Positions 37,014 to 46,770 of a stretch of DNA of 64,000 nt are shown here, one piece after another. Position numbers and translations under genes: made by a program. Origin of the DNA: Candidatus Methylomirabilota bacterium (GTDB lineage: Bacteria > Methylomirabilota > Methylomirabilia > Rokubacteriales > CSP1-6); the NCBI GenBank assembly GCA_046726415.1, contig JBKPAK010000189.1, positions 11,453 to 75,452 on the forward strand. The letters run 5' to 3'. The notes under the pieces were generated by a model. That model was not told the DNA's origin, made no database searches, and was given only the letters and a program-made list of their open reading frames with translations. Numbering within the stretch: the stretch's first letter is position 1; every line of letters begins with the position of its first letter.

Positions 37014-38050
37014 CCACTGTAACCGCGGCGAGGGGGAGCGCGCTCCTCCTCGCCGGGGCTCTCTGCCTCGGCGGATGCGCGGGGATGGCCGAGGTGACTG
37101 GCTCGGCCACCCAAGAGGATCTGCACCAGGTCCAGACCGACCTCTCCCGGCTCCAGCTGACCGTTCAGCGGATGCAGGGCAGTCTCGAGGCCGCCGCCGG
37201 GGCATCGGCCGGACGTTCGCGCGAGCAGATCACACAGGTCGAGCAACAGGTGACCGCATTGTCTCGACGAATCGAGGGTCTGACCACCTCGGTCACCGCG
37301 CTGAGCACTCGCGTCGACGAACTCAGCTCGCGGCTCGATGCGCAGGCGCGGCAGTCACGCGCCGCTCCGTCGGCTCCACCACGCCCCGCGATGTCCGCAC
37401 CTTCGGCGCCGCCGGCCCCCGGTGTGCCACCGGCTAGTGCTCCGACCCCTGCCCCAGCCGCGCCGTCGGCTGCCACTCCGACTCCTGCCCAGCCCGCGAC
37501 TCCGACCCCTGCCCCAGCTGTCCCCCCGGCCGCTACTCCGACCCCGGCCACCCCGTCGGCCAATATTCCGGCACCAGCCCCGCCGGTGGCGGTGCTGCCC
37601 CCTGGCGCTCGGGCCACGACAAGTGCTCCCGGCCCTCAGGACGCCTACCAGGCGGCATATATCGATTTCAGCAAGGGGAGCTATGCTTTGGCCGTCACCG
37701 GGTTCCGCGAGTTCCTGCGCCGCTATCCGGAACATGCGCTGGCTGGCAACGCTCAATACTGGATAGGCGAGGCCCAGCTTGGACTCGCGCGAAGCCAGGC
37801 GAACTCCGGGCAAGGGGATCGCGCCGCGCAAGCTCTGGAGCAGGCCGTGCAGGAGTTCCGGAAGGTGGTGGCGAACTACCCGCGCAGCGACAAGGCACCT
37901 GCCGCGCTTTACAAGGAAGCGCTCACCCTCATCGAGCTAAAGCAGCCGGCGGTCGCGCAAGCCCGCCTGCAGTACCTCGTTGATAATTTCCCTCAGGCTG
38001 CGGAGGCGCCGCTCGCCCGCGAGCAACTGGCAGCGCTGAAGGACCGCTAG
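36965..38050 (+). CDS. cpoB: CpoB/YbgF-like TPR lipoprotein; start uncertain
   Basis: Lipobox LGGC, a coiled coil, a Pro/Ala linker, and TPR motifs FLRRYP...NAQYWIGE and YPRSDKAPAALYK. Follows pal. Confidence 0.85.
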   Translation: MLVSEPARPLPHQGAVATVTAARGSALLLAGALCLGGCAGMAEVTGSATQEDLHQVQTDLSRLQLTVQRMQGSLEAAAGASAGRSREQITQVEQQVTALSRRIEGLTTSVTALSTRVDELSSRLDAQARQSRAAPSAPPRPAMSAPSAPPAPGVPPASAPTPAPAAPSAATPTPAQPATPTPAPAVPPAATPTPATPSANIPAPAPPVAVLPPGARATTSAPGPQDAYQAAYIDFSKGSYALAVTGFREFLRRYPEHALAGNAQYWIGEAQLGLARSQANSGQGDRAAQALEQAVQEFRKVVANYPRSDKAPAALYKEALTLIELKQPAVAQARLQYLVDNFPQAAEAPLAREQLAALKDR

Positions 38051-38071
38051 CTCGCCGCTCCGGGCTCCTGC

Positions 38072-38545
38072 TCACTCGTCGAAGACCCAGACCACGGCGA
38101 CCTTGTCCGGCGTGTGATACACCATCGTCCCACCCGGGTACTGCGTGTTGGCCGCGGTGACGACGACCGATTCCTCGGACGCCCGTGGTGCCCAACCCTG
38201 GTACCACAGACCGACGGACAGCACCACCACGGCTGCCGCCGCGACACCGCTGAGCCCCCACCGCGCACCGGTGCGCGGCCACCGGCGCCGCCGTGCAACG
38301 GCCACCTGGCTGGCCGTGCCGTCCGCGATGCTCCTCACAATTCCCGGCCAGAAGCCAGTCCAGTCCGGATCGGCCGGGAAGACGATCGCTTGCTGGAGGA
38401 GCCCTTTCACGCGGCGCAGTGCGTCGATCTCTTGGCGGCAGCGATGGCACGCGTCGAGATGCCGTGTCATCGCCCGGGACGCCCCGGGATCAAGTGCGCC
38501 ATCGAGGTACGCGCCGACCCGTCGGCGAGAGAGGAGACAGATCAC
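38072..38545 (-). CDS. Zinc-finger (zf-HC2) anti-sigma factor-like membrane protein
   Basis: AYLDGAL...HLDACHRC (HxxxCxxC), one TM segment and a short extracytoplasmic tail. GTG start assumed. Confidence 0.8.
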   Translation of the reverse strand: MICLLSRRRVGAYLDGALDPGASRAMTRHLDACHRCRQEIDALRRVKGLLQQAIVFPADPDWTGFWPGIVRSIADGTASQVAVARRRRWPRTGARWGLSGVAAAAVVVLSVGLWYQGWAPRASEESVVVTAANTQYPGGTMVYHTPDKVAVVWVFDE

Positions 38546-38592
38546 CACGGCTGTTGGACGCTGCTCCCCGGGGCCGGTATTCTCATGCACCC

Positions 38593-39237
38593 ATGATAGC
38601 CGAGCGGGCAATCGCGCTCAGAACTCGCGATGGGATCAGCCTGGACGGGCGGCTCGCCGAATCGCCGGATTCCCGAGCTGGCGTCGTGGTATGTCACCCG
38701 CACCCGCTATACGGCGGGGACATGGACAACCCGGTGGTCGTCCGCGCGGCCGAGGTTTGCGCCGGCCTGGGCCTGGCGGCGCTCCGCTTCAACTTCCGGG
38801 GGGTCGGTCAATCGTTGGGGAGGCACGGAAGCGGGCTTGACGAGCGGCTCGACGTCGAAGCCGCGCTCCACCAACTGCGCTCCACACTCTCCGTCGACGG
38901 AGACGTAGCCCTGGCGGGCTACTCCTTCGGCGCTTCAGTGGCGGCTCAGGTAGCTGCCGGGAGGGCCGATCTGACCGGCCTTTGCCTCATCGCGCCTCCC
39001 TTGGCGATCGAGGGGATGGCCCTCCCACCAGCTCTCGCCCAGTTCGGAGGATCGCTATGCGTGGTAGGCGGCACGCGTGACGAGTACTGCCCCGTGGCCT
39101 CCTTGCGCGCCCTGGGGCACAAGTTTCCCAACGCGCAGGTGACGATCGTAGAAGGCGCGAATCACTTCTTCTTCGGCAGGCTGTTCCCGCTGGGGGAGAC
39201 AGTAGGCGCCTGGGCTCGCGCGGCCTGCATGAGTTAA
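38593..39237 (+). CDS. Alpha/beta hydrolase
   Basis: Motifs HPHPLYGGDMDN, LRFNFRGVG, GYSFG (nucleophile), GTRDE and GANHFF. Confidence 0.92.
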   Translation: MIAERAIALRTRDGISLDGRLAESPDSRAGVVVCHPHPLYGGDMDNPVVVRAAEVCAGLGLAALRFNFRGVGQSLGRHGSGLDERLDVEAALHQLRSTLSVDGDVALAGYSFGASVAAQVAAGRADLTGLCLIAPPLAIEGMALPPALAQFGGSLCVVGGTRDEYCPVASLRALGHKFPNAQVTIVEGANHFFFGRLFPLGETVGAWARAACMS

Positions 39238-39276
39238 TGGCCGGCCGGAAAAGGCCCTATCGACGCGGCCCATGTC

Positions 39277-39882
39277 CTACGGCCGGGGAAGCCTTCTCGG
39301 AGTGGCCGTGCCGGCTGAAAAGATAATGCGGATGCCCTCCTCCACGCCCATCCCGGTATGGATGACGTCGTCGTGCGGCACGACCACCACCTCACCCAGG
39401 TACAAATTGTTGGTAGGCACGAAGACCGTTACCATCTCCTGCTTGCCGGTCGGCGTGTCCACCAAAACCTCGCTCGTCACGAAGCCGAAGGCATAGGTAC
39501 CCTCGCGAGGGTGCTGGACGAGTACCACGGCCTTGAAGGCACTGCGACGCTCGGGCGAGAAGGAATCGATCAGCATCTTCACCGAGGGATACAGCATTCG
39601 GTAGATGGGAAGGTTGAGGAGCACCCGCTCGCCCCAGCCGATCACCCGCCGCCCCACCACGTTGCGGGCGATGATCCCCATGACCAGGACGATGCCGACC
39701 GCGGTAAGGAAGCCGAGGCCGGGGGGGGGATGCCCGAACACTCGTGCGTAGACCGGCGCGAAGAAGTCGTCGATCTTGCTCCAGAAGATCCAGAGGAGCC
39801 AGGCGGTGGCGATAGCGGGCACGGTCACAAAGAACCCGGCCACCAAGCGAACCTTGAGCCAGGTCTTCAACCACGTCACCAT
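39277..39882 (-). CDS. DUF502 membrane protein
   Basis: Two TM segments; motifs LPIYRMLY..VK, VVLVQHP, FGFVT, VFVPT and EEGIRIIFSAG. Confidence 0.88.
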   Translation of the reverse strand: MVTWLKTWLKVRLVAGFFVTVPAIATAWLLWIFWSKIDDFFAPVYARVFGHPPPGLGFLTAVGIVLVMGIIARNVVGRRVIGWGERVLLNLPIYRMLYPSVKMLIDSFSPERRSAFKAVVLVQHPREGTYAFGFVTSEVLVDTPTGKQEMVTVFVPTNNLYLGEVVVVPHDDVIHTGMGVEEGIRIIFSAGTATPRRLPRP

Positions 39883-39893
39883 CGCTAGGTAGC

Positions 39894-40637
39894 ATGTCAT
39901 CACAGGGATCCAGGGCCGTCAAGGAACGCCCCTGTGCGCTCGTCACCGGCGGTGCCGTGCGCGTGGGACGCGCCATCGCCATGGCCCTCGCGCGGGAAGG
40001 CATGGACGTCGCCATCGCATACTACGGCTCCAGGCAGGAGGCCCTCTGCACTCGGCGAGACCTCGAAGCCCTCGGGGCCCGCGCGGTGGCTATTCGGGCC
40101 GACCTCACCTCGCCGATGGCAGCGGGCCGCCTTGTGCGTGAGGCCGCGGCGGCGCTCGGGGGCCTCGATGTCCTTGTCAACAACGCAGCGGTCTTCGCGC
40201 GCACGCCGTTCCGCTCCGTCACGCCGGCGACCTATGACCGCTTCCTCGATCTCAATCTGCGCGGCGCGTTCTTCTGTGCGCAAGCCGCCGCGGCCTTGAT
40301 GGCTCGGCGCGGTGGCCATATCGTGAACATAGGCGACATCGCCTACCGGAAGGCCTGGCCCGGCTACATCCCGTATACGCTATCCAAGGCGGGCGTGGTC
40401 GCGCTGACGCGGAGCCTGGCGGTGGCGCTGCGTCCGAGGCGCATCGCGGTGAACTGCGTGGCGCCAGGAGCGGTACTACGGCCGGCCGGCTTTGCCCGCG
40501 CGCGCTGGAGGACCCTAACCCGCGGCCACGAGGGCTCGGCCGAGGACGTGGCGAAAGCGGTGGTCTTCTTCGCGACCTGTCCACCCTATATCACCGGCCA
40601 GATTCTCGGTGTGGACGGCGGCGAAGGCGCCTGTTGA
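39894..40637 (+). CDS. SDR oxidoreductase (pteridine reductase/FolM-like)
   Basis: Motifs LVTGGAVRVG, LVNNA, YTLSK (YxxxK), VNCVAPG and ITGQILGVDGG. Confidence 0.9.
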   Translation: MSSQGSRAVKERPCALVTGGAVRVGRAIAMALAREGMDVAIAYYGSRQEALCTRRDLEALGARAVAIRADLTSPMAAGRLVREAAAALGGLDVLVNNAAVFARTPFRSVTPATYDRFLDLNLRGAFFCAQAAAALMARRGGHIVNIGDIAYRKAWPGYIPYTLSKAGVVALTRSLAVALRPRRIAVNCVAPGAVLRPAGFARARWRTLTRGHEGSAEDVAKAVVFFATCPPYITGQILGVDGGEGAC

Positions 40638-40651
40638 CGAGCCGCCCTGCC

Positions 40652-40902
40652 GCCGCCTACGAGCAGTCGACGGCCCAGACCTGAAGCCCCCACGAGCAGT
40701 GGGCGACACCTGCTGCCGCCCACGAGCAGTTGACTAGCCGGACCTGAAGCCGCCCACGAGCAGTTGACTAGCCGGACCTGAAGCCGCCCACGAGCAGTTG
40801 ACTAGCCGGACCTGAAGCCGCCCACGCAGTTGACAAGCCGGACCTGAAGCCGCCCACGCAGTCGACAAGCCGAACCTGAAGCCGCCGACGAGCAGTCGAC
40901 GA
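40652..40902. repeat. Tandem array of about eight 29-34 bp units, followed by hairpins
   Basis: Unit GCCGCCCACGAGCAGTTGACTAGCCGGACCTGAA is exact at 40715, 40749 and 40783, with variants at 40652, 40686, 40817, 40849 and 40881. No spacers. Confidence 0.95.
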
Positions 40903-40903
40903 G

Positions 40904-40987
40904 GCGGGGAGGAGCGAACGCTCCCCCCCGCCGTCGCCAAATTGGCGGTGGGGGGTGTCGGGGGGAGCGGCGCTCGCTCCCCCGACG
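40904..40987. terminator. Cluster of GC-rich inverted repeats (REP-like or bidirectional terminator)
   Basis: GCGGGGAGGAGCG-AA-CGCTCCCCCCCGC, CGCCAA-A-TTGGCG and GTCGGGGGAGCG...CGCTCCCCCGAC lie between convergent genes. Confidence 0.55.
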
Positions 40988-40989
40988 TC

Positions 40990-41697
40990 TCACGGAAGGA
41001 CGATGCGGCCCCCACCCATGGCACGCAGGAATTCGCCGAGCGACGTGAAGCGCATGAAGGCGTTGTCGCGCTTCTCGTCTCCGAGTGTCGACGAGGCGCC
41101 GCCATAGTTGTGCCCGGGAAGGAGGACGGTTTCGTTGGGCAGCGCTCCCAGCCGCTGGGTCAGCGAGTAGTACATCTCGGTGGGATCGCTTCCGGGAAGG
41201 TCCGTGCGCCCACACGAGCCGATGAAGAGGGTATCCCCCGATACAAGACGGCCGTCCACGAGAAAGCACTGCGAGCCCGGAGTGTGCCCCGGCGTGTGCA
41301 AGAACGTCAGGGTGAGACGTCCCACCGCAAGGGTGTCGTGATGATCGACCTTCACGAGATCCGACCCGAAGCCCTTCAAGAATTCGCGCTCGGCCTTGTG
41401 TACGTAGACCTTGAGCGCGACGCGCTCGAGCAGCTCGTCAACGCCTGGGATACGTCCGGGCATCCCCCAGGAGGCGAGGCTGCCACCCACGTGATCCTGA
41501 TGCGTGTGGGTCACGAGCGCGCCTTTAAGGATCATCCCGTCGCGCGCCGCGGTGTCCACGATGGTGTCGATCTCCCAGGCTGGATCGACCACGACGCATT
41601 CCCGCGCGAGGGGGTCGCCGATGAGGTACACGAAGTTCTGCATCGGCCCCAGCTCCATCTGCTTCAGGTAGATATCCGGCTCGACCGGCGCGCTCAT
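40990..41697 (-). CDS. MBL-fold metallo-hydrolase (glyoxalase II-like)
   Basis: Motifs NFVYLIGD, VVDP, THTHQDHVGG, HTPGHTPGS, GDTLF.GSCGR and PGHNY. Confidence 0.93.
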   Translation of the reverse strand: MSAPVEPDIYLKQMELGPMQNFVYLIGDPLARECVVVDPAWEIDTIVDTAARDGMILKGALVTHTHQDHVGGSLASWGMPGRIPGVDELLERVALKVYVHKAEREFLKGFGSDLVKVDHHDTLAVGRLTLTFLHTPGHTPGSQCFLVDGRLVSGDTLFIGSCGRTDLPGSDPTEMYYSLTQRLGALPNETVLLPGHNYGGASSTLGDEKRDNAFMRFTSLGEFLRAMGGGRIVLP

Positions 41698-41701
41698 GAG
41701 G

Positions 41702-43465
41702 CTACCCCTTGAAGTCGTCGGGGACGTTAGGAAGATCGCCCAGCTGACGCGCCTCCAGCGCATAAATGGCCGGTGAGGCCTTGGTACGCACGAAGACGCG
41801 ATCTCCGTCCCGTTTGCCGACGAGGACCGTTCCGATCTCCTGGCCGCCAGCGCCACCCAACGCAATCTCCAGCTCCGGTGCGTCCAATCCGTAGCGGGCG
41901 GCATCCTCGCCACTCGGAGCCACCACGTCCTTCCATTTGAGCGCCCGCGCGGTGTAGACCAGATCGTCGACCTTTCCGCCCTTGGCCGGCCCCTTGGTCG
42001 GCTCGACCATGCGCCATTCGTCACCGTCCTTGCGCTCGAGCACGACGGTTTTCCCACCTCGCGTGACGGTCACTCGCCGGATGTCTTTGGGCTCCACGTT
42101 GCCCAGCAGTCGGCGGTCGCGAAGGTCGTTCACGGTCCGCCCGAGATCGTCGAGCGCCGTCGCGTCCACGAGTACCAGGGGACCCCGTCCGGCAACGGCG
42201 GCGTACGCCGAGGGTTGATTGCCTCGACGTTCCGTGGAGGGTGCGAGAAGCAGGGTCGTGGCCGCGCCCGCCTCGTCGGTGACGGTGACCCGCAACGCGG
42301 GCTTGGCGAGATAGCGCGAAATGCCCGAGGCGTCCTCGGTGAGAAAGGCCTGTGCCTTCAGTTCCCGCAGCTTGCGGACCAGCGCCCCCGCCTCCACCTG
42401 GTCGGCGGCCAGCGATTCCGGGGAGGCGATCCGCCACTGATTCTTCTCTCGGATGAGGGTCACCGCGCCCTTGGGACCATCGATCTCGATCTTGGCGGCC
42501 TTCTCGCGATCGAAGGCCAGCACGGTCTTGTCCCGCAACACGGCCACGTTCTTCGGGAGCGCCTTCCAGAGCTCCTCGGGAAGCAGGAGCACACTGGTCT
42601 CGCCAGGTCGCATGGCGTAGACGCCCTGCTTGGTGGGATCGACCTGGCCGACCAGGAGGCTCTTGGTGGCCCGGTCCTTGTCGCGTCCGGTGTGGACGTC
42701 GACTCGCGTTGGGCGATCCAGCCCGTAGCTCTGGAGCGATGATGGGGACTCGGCCGCGAATTCCTTGACGCGCGCTGCGCCGAGCTTTTCCAGAAAGTCG
42801 CCGACGACGTCGGCATCGGCGGCCAGGGGCGCAGGCCGCGTCAGCCTCCACTTGCCGTCGGCCGACTCCAGCGCCAACGGGCCCTCGGAAGTGGTGATGT
42901 CGAGGCCGGCGACGCTCGAGCGATCGAAGGCGAGCACCGACTTGTCCCGGTAGTCCGTCACGGGGCGGGTGGCGTCGCGGAGGACACTCTCCGGAAGGGC
43001 GACCACGGCAGACTTGCCCCGTTCCTGTCCGTACACCCAGACGCCGGTCGGGTTCTTCGCCCCGAGGCGCAAGCCGATCTGCTTTCCATCCTTGAGGGTG
43101 AGGGTGACGTCAGCCTTGGGCACGTCGAGCCCGTACTCGGCAAGAGAGGCGGGGTTGGCGGAGATCTCGCGGTCGGCCTTGGCCGTGAGAACAGATGTAA
43201 TGAGCTCCTCAATGGCGCCCCGGTCACCGCGCGTCGCCACTGGCGCCACCAGGCGCCAGGCGTCACCCTCGCGCTGGAACTTCACCACCTCAGCCCCTCG
43301 CTTGATCTCTACCGCCGTTACGTCGGCCGGCTCGGCGCTGAACACGCGTCCCTTGCGACCTTCGGCTTTCTCCCGCTCGGGACCCAGGCGGATCTCGTAG
43401 ACGTAGTAGAAGCCGCCGAGAAGGGCGAGGATGACGGCGAGGACGGCCGTCGTCTGCCAGCGCAT
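41702..43465 (-). CDS. DUF4340 repeat protein
   Basis: N-terminal anchor and three repeated units (W.l..P...aD...; YGLD.P). Lies downstream of the GldG-like gene. Confidence 0.85.
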   Translation of the reverse strand: MRWQTTAVLAVILALLGGFYYVYEIRLGPEREKAEGRKGRVFSAEPADVTAVEIKRGAEVVKFQREGDAWRLVAPVATRGDRGAIEELITSVLTAKADREISANPASLAEYGLDVPKADVTLTLKDGKQIGLRLGAKNPTGVWVYGQERGKSAVVALPESVLRDATRPVTDYRDKSVLAFDRSSVAGLDITTSEGPLALESADGKWRLTRPAPLAADADVVGDFLEKLGAARVKEFAAESPSSLQSYGLDRPTRVDVHTGRDKDRATKSLLVGQVDPTKQGVYAMRPGETSVLLLPEELWKALPKNVAVLRDKTVLAFDREKAAKIEIDGPKGAVTLIREKNQWRIASPESLAADQVEAGALVRKLRELKAQAFLTEDASGISRYLAKPALRVTVTDEAGAATTLLLAPSTERRGNQPSAYAAVAGRGPLVLVDATALDDLGRTVNDLRDRRLLGNVEPKDIRRVTVTRGGKTVVLERKDGDEWRMVEPTKGPAKGGKVDDLVYTARALKWKDVVAPSGEDAARYGLDAPELEIALGGAGGQEIGTVLVGKRDGDRVFVRTKASPAIYALEARQLGDLPNVPDDFKG

Positions 43466-43472
43466 GGGACGG

Positions 43473-44990
43473 CTACTTCGCGGCGCGCCGCCGCACGGCG
43501 GCCACCACACCACCGGCCAGGACGACGGCCGGCAGCACCACCACCGGCAGCAGAAACACCAGCAAGCCCTGCTGGGAGGTGAGGAACACCGGCGCGGACT
43601 TCGTCTCCTTCGGACGGATGGAGATCTGATCCTCCTGCTCGGCGAGCCAGCTCACCGTGTTCAGGAAGAGGTCGCGATTTCCCTGCAAGTTGAGGAACTG
43701 GTTGGAGGCGAGATTCGAGGTGCCGTACACCACGATGCGAGCCTTGTCCTTGGTGACCACGACCGCCACCGAGGGGCCCTTGATGTCCTTGTCGTCGGCT
43801 CGCACCTCGCCGCGATTGAGGGCGGCGCGGTCCGTCTCCCCCCAGCTCTGCGGGCTGGTCTTCACCAGCGGCTGGACGTTCACGCCCCGCGGCGGGGCCT
43901 TGGCCGAGGAGACGCTGCGCGTAAGCGGGAACAGCGTAGTGATGCCGGCCATGTCGCGCGTGATGGGATGGGGCTCGTACTGCTGCACGATCGGCACCTC
44001 GGGACCGATCCCGAACATACGGCCAATGGGATTGGACTCGATGACGAGATCGTCGCCCAGGTCGACTCCGTAGGCGGCCAGGAACTTCTTCATCCCTTCG
44101 TTCTGGAAGGGATTGACCATGACGAGGAGCTTGCCGCCGCGGCCCAGGTACGCGTTCAGGGCGTCGATCTCCGGAGAGAGCGGATCGGTGCGCGGACCAG
44201 GATCGATCACCACCGCCGCGTCGTCGGAGATCTTCCCCTCGCGGGTCAAGGCCAGCGGTTTCACCTCGTAGTTCGCACCCTCCAGGGCCTTCTTGGCTTC
44301 GCTGAAGCCGGCGCGGTCGGAGCTGTTCAGCTCGTGCTCGCCGTGGCCCTGGATGACATAGACGACGCGCTTGCCCTCGCGCGTCAGCCGCACCAGGCCG
44401 TTGGTGACCTTCTCTTCCTCAGCGTCGGTCACTTTCTCCGATTTGTCCTTGGTCTCCAGCACCACCGTGCCGTACGTCTCCACGTTGTAGCGGCGAGCGA
44501 GCCCCGGCTCGCGGTCGGGATCGACGACCTTCCAGGAGAAGCGCCCGCCCGCGTAGCGGGCGTATTGCTTGAAGAGATCTTCGGCCACGCGCTTTCCCGG
44601 CTGGTCGCTCCGGAAGAAGGCCACCGCGCTGACGTCAGTTTTCAGGTCTCGCAGGAGCTGGATGGTTTGCGGCGCCAGACTATTCCGGCGGTTCTCGGTG
44701 AGATCGAGACGGGCATTGTGCCGATAGGACACCGCCTCCACGATGGCAATGATGCCGAGGAGCAGCACGATCATGAGCGCGGTATTGAGCCCATAGCGGG
44801 CGGTTCGCCCGCGCAGGGTCGCGCGCGCCTCCCGCAGGTAGACCAGGAGCGACAGGACGACCAGAACGGCGCCCACGCCTACCAGCCACGGTCGGACCCG
44901 CAGCCAGTCGGGTCGCGCGAACGGCAGGATCACGGCCGCCGCCAACACGGCCAAGCCGACGTAGCCCGCCCACTCGAGGAGCTTGCGCAT
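43473..44990 (-). CDS. GldG-family ABC transporter auxiliary component
   Basis: Motifs RLDLTEN..SLAPQT, VDPDREP, GHGEHE, YLGRGG, HPIT and NRDLFLNTVSWL. Confidence 0.9.
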   Translation of the reverse strand: MRKLLEWAGYVGLAVLAAAVILPFARPDWLRVRPWLVGVGAVLVVLSLLVYLREARATLRGRTARYGLNTALMIVLLLGIIAIVEAVSYRHNARLDLTENRRNSLAPQTIQLLRDLKTDVSAVAFFRSDQPGKRVAEDLFKQYARYAGGRFSWKVVDPDREPGLARRYNVETYGTVVLETKDKSEKVTDAEEEKVTNGLVRLTREGKRVVYVIQGHGEHELNSSDRAGFSEAKKALEGANYEVKPLALTREGKISDDAAVVIDPGPRTDPLSPEIDALNAYLGRGGKLLVMVNPFQNEGMKKFLAAYGVDLGDDLVIESNPIGRMFGIGPEVPIVQQYEPHPITRDMAGITTLFPLTRSVSSAKAPPRGVNVQPLVKTSPQSWGETDRAALNRGEVRADDKDIKGPSVAVVVTKDKARIVVYGTSNLASNQFLNLQGNRDLFLNTVSWLAEQEDQISIRPKETKSAPVFLTSQQGLLVFLLPVVVLPAVVLAGGVVAAVRRRAAK

Positions 44991-45757
44991 CAGCCCTTCC
45001 AGCGGCGCGCTTCCAGCGAGCGCAGGGTCAAGAACAGGGCGAAGGCGATGAAGGTCACGTAATAGATGATGTCCCGGGTGTCCAGCACGCCCTTTCCGAA
45101 GTTGTCGAAGTGCTCGGTGAGTGACAGATGGGACAGGACGCGTCCGGTGGCGCCTCCCACCGTGTCGGCCGACCAGCCGATGACCCAGAAGATCAGCAAG
45201 ATGCCGAAGGTGGTCATGGCCGCCACGATCTGATTCTCCGTCAGCGAGGAGGCGAAGAGCCCGGCGGCGATGAAGGCGGCCCCCAGCAACAGGAGCCCGA
45301 TGTAGCCGGTCAGGATGGGTCCCCACTCCGGCCGCGCGAAAGAGAGGAGGAGTCCAGGGTACAGCAGGGTGAGAACTAGCATGATCACGTAGAGGACTAA
45401 GGCGGCCAGGAACTTACCGAGGAGGACGGCGCCGTCGCGCACAGGATAGGTGAGCAGGAGCTCGATCGTGCCTGATCGGCGCTCCTCCGCGAAGAGCCGC
45501 ATGGTCACCAGCGGCATGAGGAGAAGCAGGATGACGCTCACGTTGGAGAAGAGCGGGCGCAGCACCATATCGGTGACGTTGAGGTCTCGCCCCATCTGAG
45601 GATTCATGGCCGTCTGGAGGGAGGCGCGCGTGAAGAAGTCGAAGATGGCGAAGAAGAAGTAGCCGGCCAGGACCAGAAAGACGGCGATGACCACGTAGGC
45701 CGTGGGCGACGTGAAGTAGAGTCGCATCTCCTTTTTGAAGATCGGCCACACCCTCAC
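44990..45757 (-). CDS. ABC transporter permease (GldF-like)
   Basis: Motifs KKEMRLYFTSP, TMRLFAEERRSGTIELLLTYP, GKF and SSLTENQIVA. Confidence 0.92.
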   Translation of the reverse strand: MRVWPIFKKEMRLYFTSPTAYVVIAVFLVLAGYFFFAIFDFFTRASLQTAMNPQMGRDLNVTDMVLRPLFSNVSVILLLLMPLVTMRLFAEERRSGTIELLLTYPVRDGAVLLGKFLAALVLYVIMLVLTLLYPGLLLSFARPEWGPILTGYIGLLLLGAAFIAAGLFASSLTENQIVAAMTTFGILLIFWVIGWSADTVGGATGRVLSHLSLTEHFDNFGKGVLDTRDIIYYVTFIAFALFLTLRSLEARRWKG

Positions 45758-46755
45758 GCGTGGGCACTCCCTTCCCCGGTTCCGTCGGTGTCCCCAGTTC
45801 CGTCGGTGGCAACATCCGGCTGCGCCTCTTCGCCGGCCACGATGCGCATGAACACCTCCTCCAGCGTGGTGCCCACCCGCCGCAGCTCCGTCAGCTCCCA
45901 CGTCCGCGCGGCGGCCAACCGGAAGATCTCAGCGCGCACGTCGCGCCCCGGGGCGGCCTCGACCAGCCAGGCGCCGGCCCCGTCCGCGGTGGATTCGGCG
46001 ACGCCGAGGACGCCGGGAATACTGCAGAGCCCGTCGCGGACCGCGGCCGCCGGCCCCTCGATCTGCACCTGAACGCGGGAGACCGGGAAGAACTGCTCGA
46101 CCAGGGTGTCGATGGGGCCCTGGGCCACGATCGAGCCCTTGTTGATGATGATCACGCTCCCGCACACCATGGAGACCTCCGGCAGGATGTGCGTGGAAAG
46201 GATGACGGTGTGGCTGCCGGTCAGAGACTTGATGAGGGCGCGGATCTCCGTGATCTGCTGCGGGTCAAGTCCGATGGTCGGCTCGTCGAGGATCAACACT
46301 TGAGGATCGTTGACGATGGCCTGGGCGATCCCCACCCGCTGGCGATAGCCCTTGGACAGGGCGCCGATCAGGCGGTTCTGCACGTCGGCGATGAGGCAGC
46401 GATCCATGACCTCCGCCACCCGCGCCTTGCGCTGCGCCCGCGGCACGCCCTTCACGTCGGCCACGAAGTCGAGGTAGGGGGCCACCCGCAAGTCGGAGTA
46501 CAGCGGGACATTTTCGGGCAGATAGCCGATGCGCCGACGAACGTCGAGTGAGTCGCGGAACACATCGAAGCCCGCCACGTGGGCGCTGCCGCTGCTCGCC
46601 GGCATGAAGCACGACAGGATGCGCATGGTCGTCGTTTTCCCCGCCCCGTTCGGGCCGAGGAAGCCGACAATGGTTCCCGGCGCCACGCGGAAGGACACAT
46701 CGCGGATGGCGGTCACCGGACCGTAGTGCTTGGTCAATCCCTGGACTTCGATCAT
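45754..46755 (-). CDS. ABC transporter ATP-binding protein (GldA-like)
   Basis: Motifs GPNGAGKTT, LSKGYRQR, ILDEPT and STH. Confidence 0.95.
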   Translation of the reverse strand: MIEVQGLTKHYGPVTAIRDVSFRVAPGTIVGFLGPNGAGKTTTMRILSCFMPASSGSAHVAGFDVFRDSLDVRRRIGYLPENVPLYSDLRVAPYLDFVADVKGVPRAQRKARVAEVMDRCLIADVQNRLIGALSKGYRQRVGIAQAIVNDPQVLILDEPTIGLDPQQITEIRALIKSLTGSHTVILSTHILPEVSMVCGSVIIINKGSIVAQGPIDTLVEQFFPVSRVQVQIEGPAAAVRDGLCSIPGVLGVAESTADGAGAWLVEAAPGRDVRAEIFRLAAARTWELTELRRVGTTLEEVFMRIVAGEEAQPDVATDGTGDTDGTGEGSAHA

Positions 46756-46770
46756 GCGGCCGAACCCAAA

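Noticed and set aside
40652-40902. CRISPR array
   Set aside because: The units are head-to-tail with no unique spacers, and there are no cas genes in the window.
43473-46755. Gliding-motility function for the GldAFG-like genes
   Set aside because: This ABC module is widespread outside Bacteroidota, and no other gliding or T9SS genes are present.
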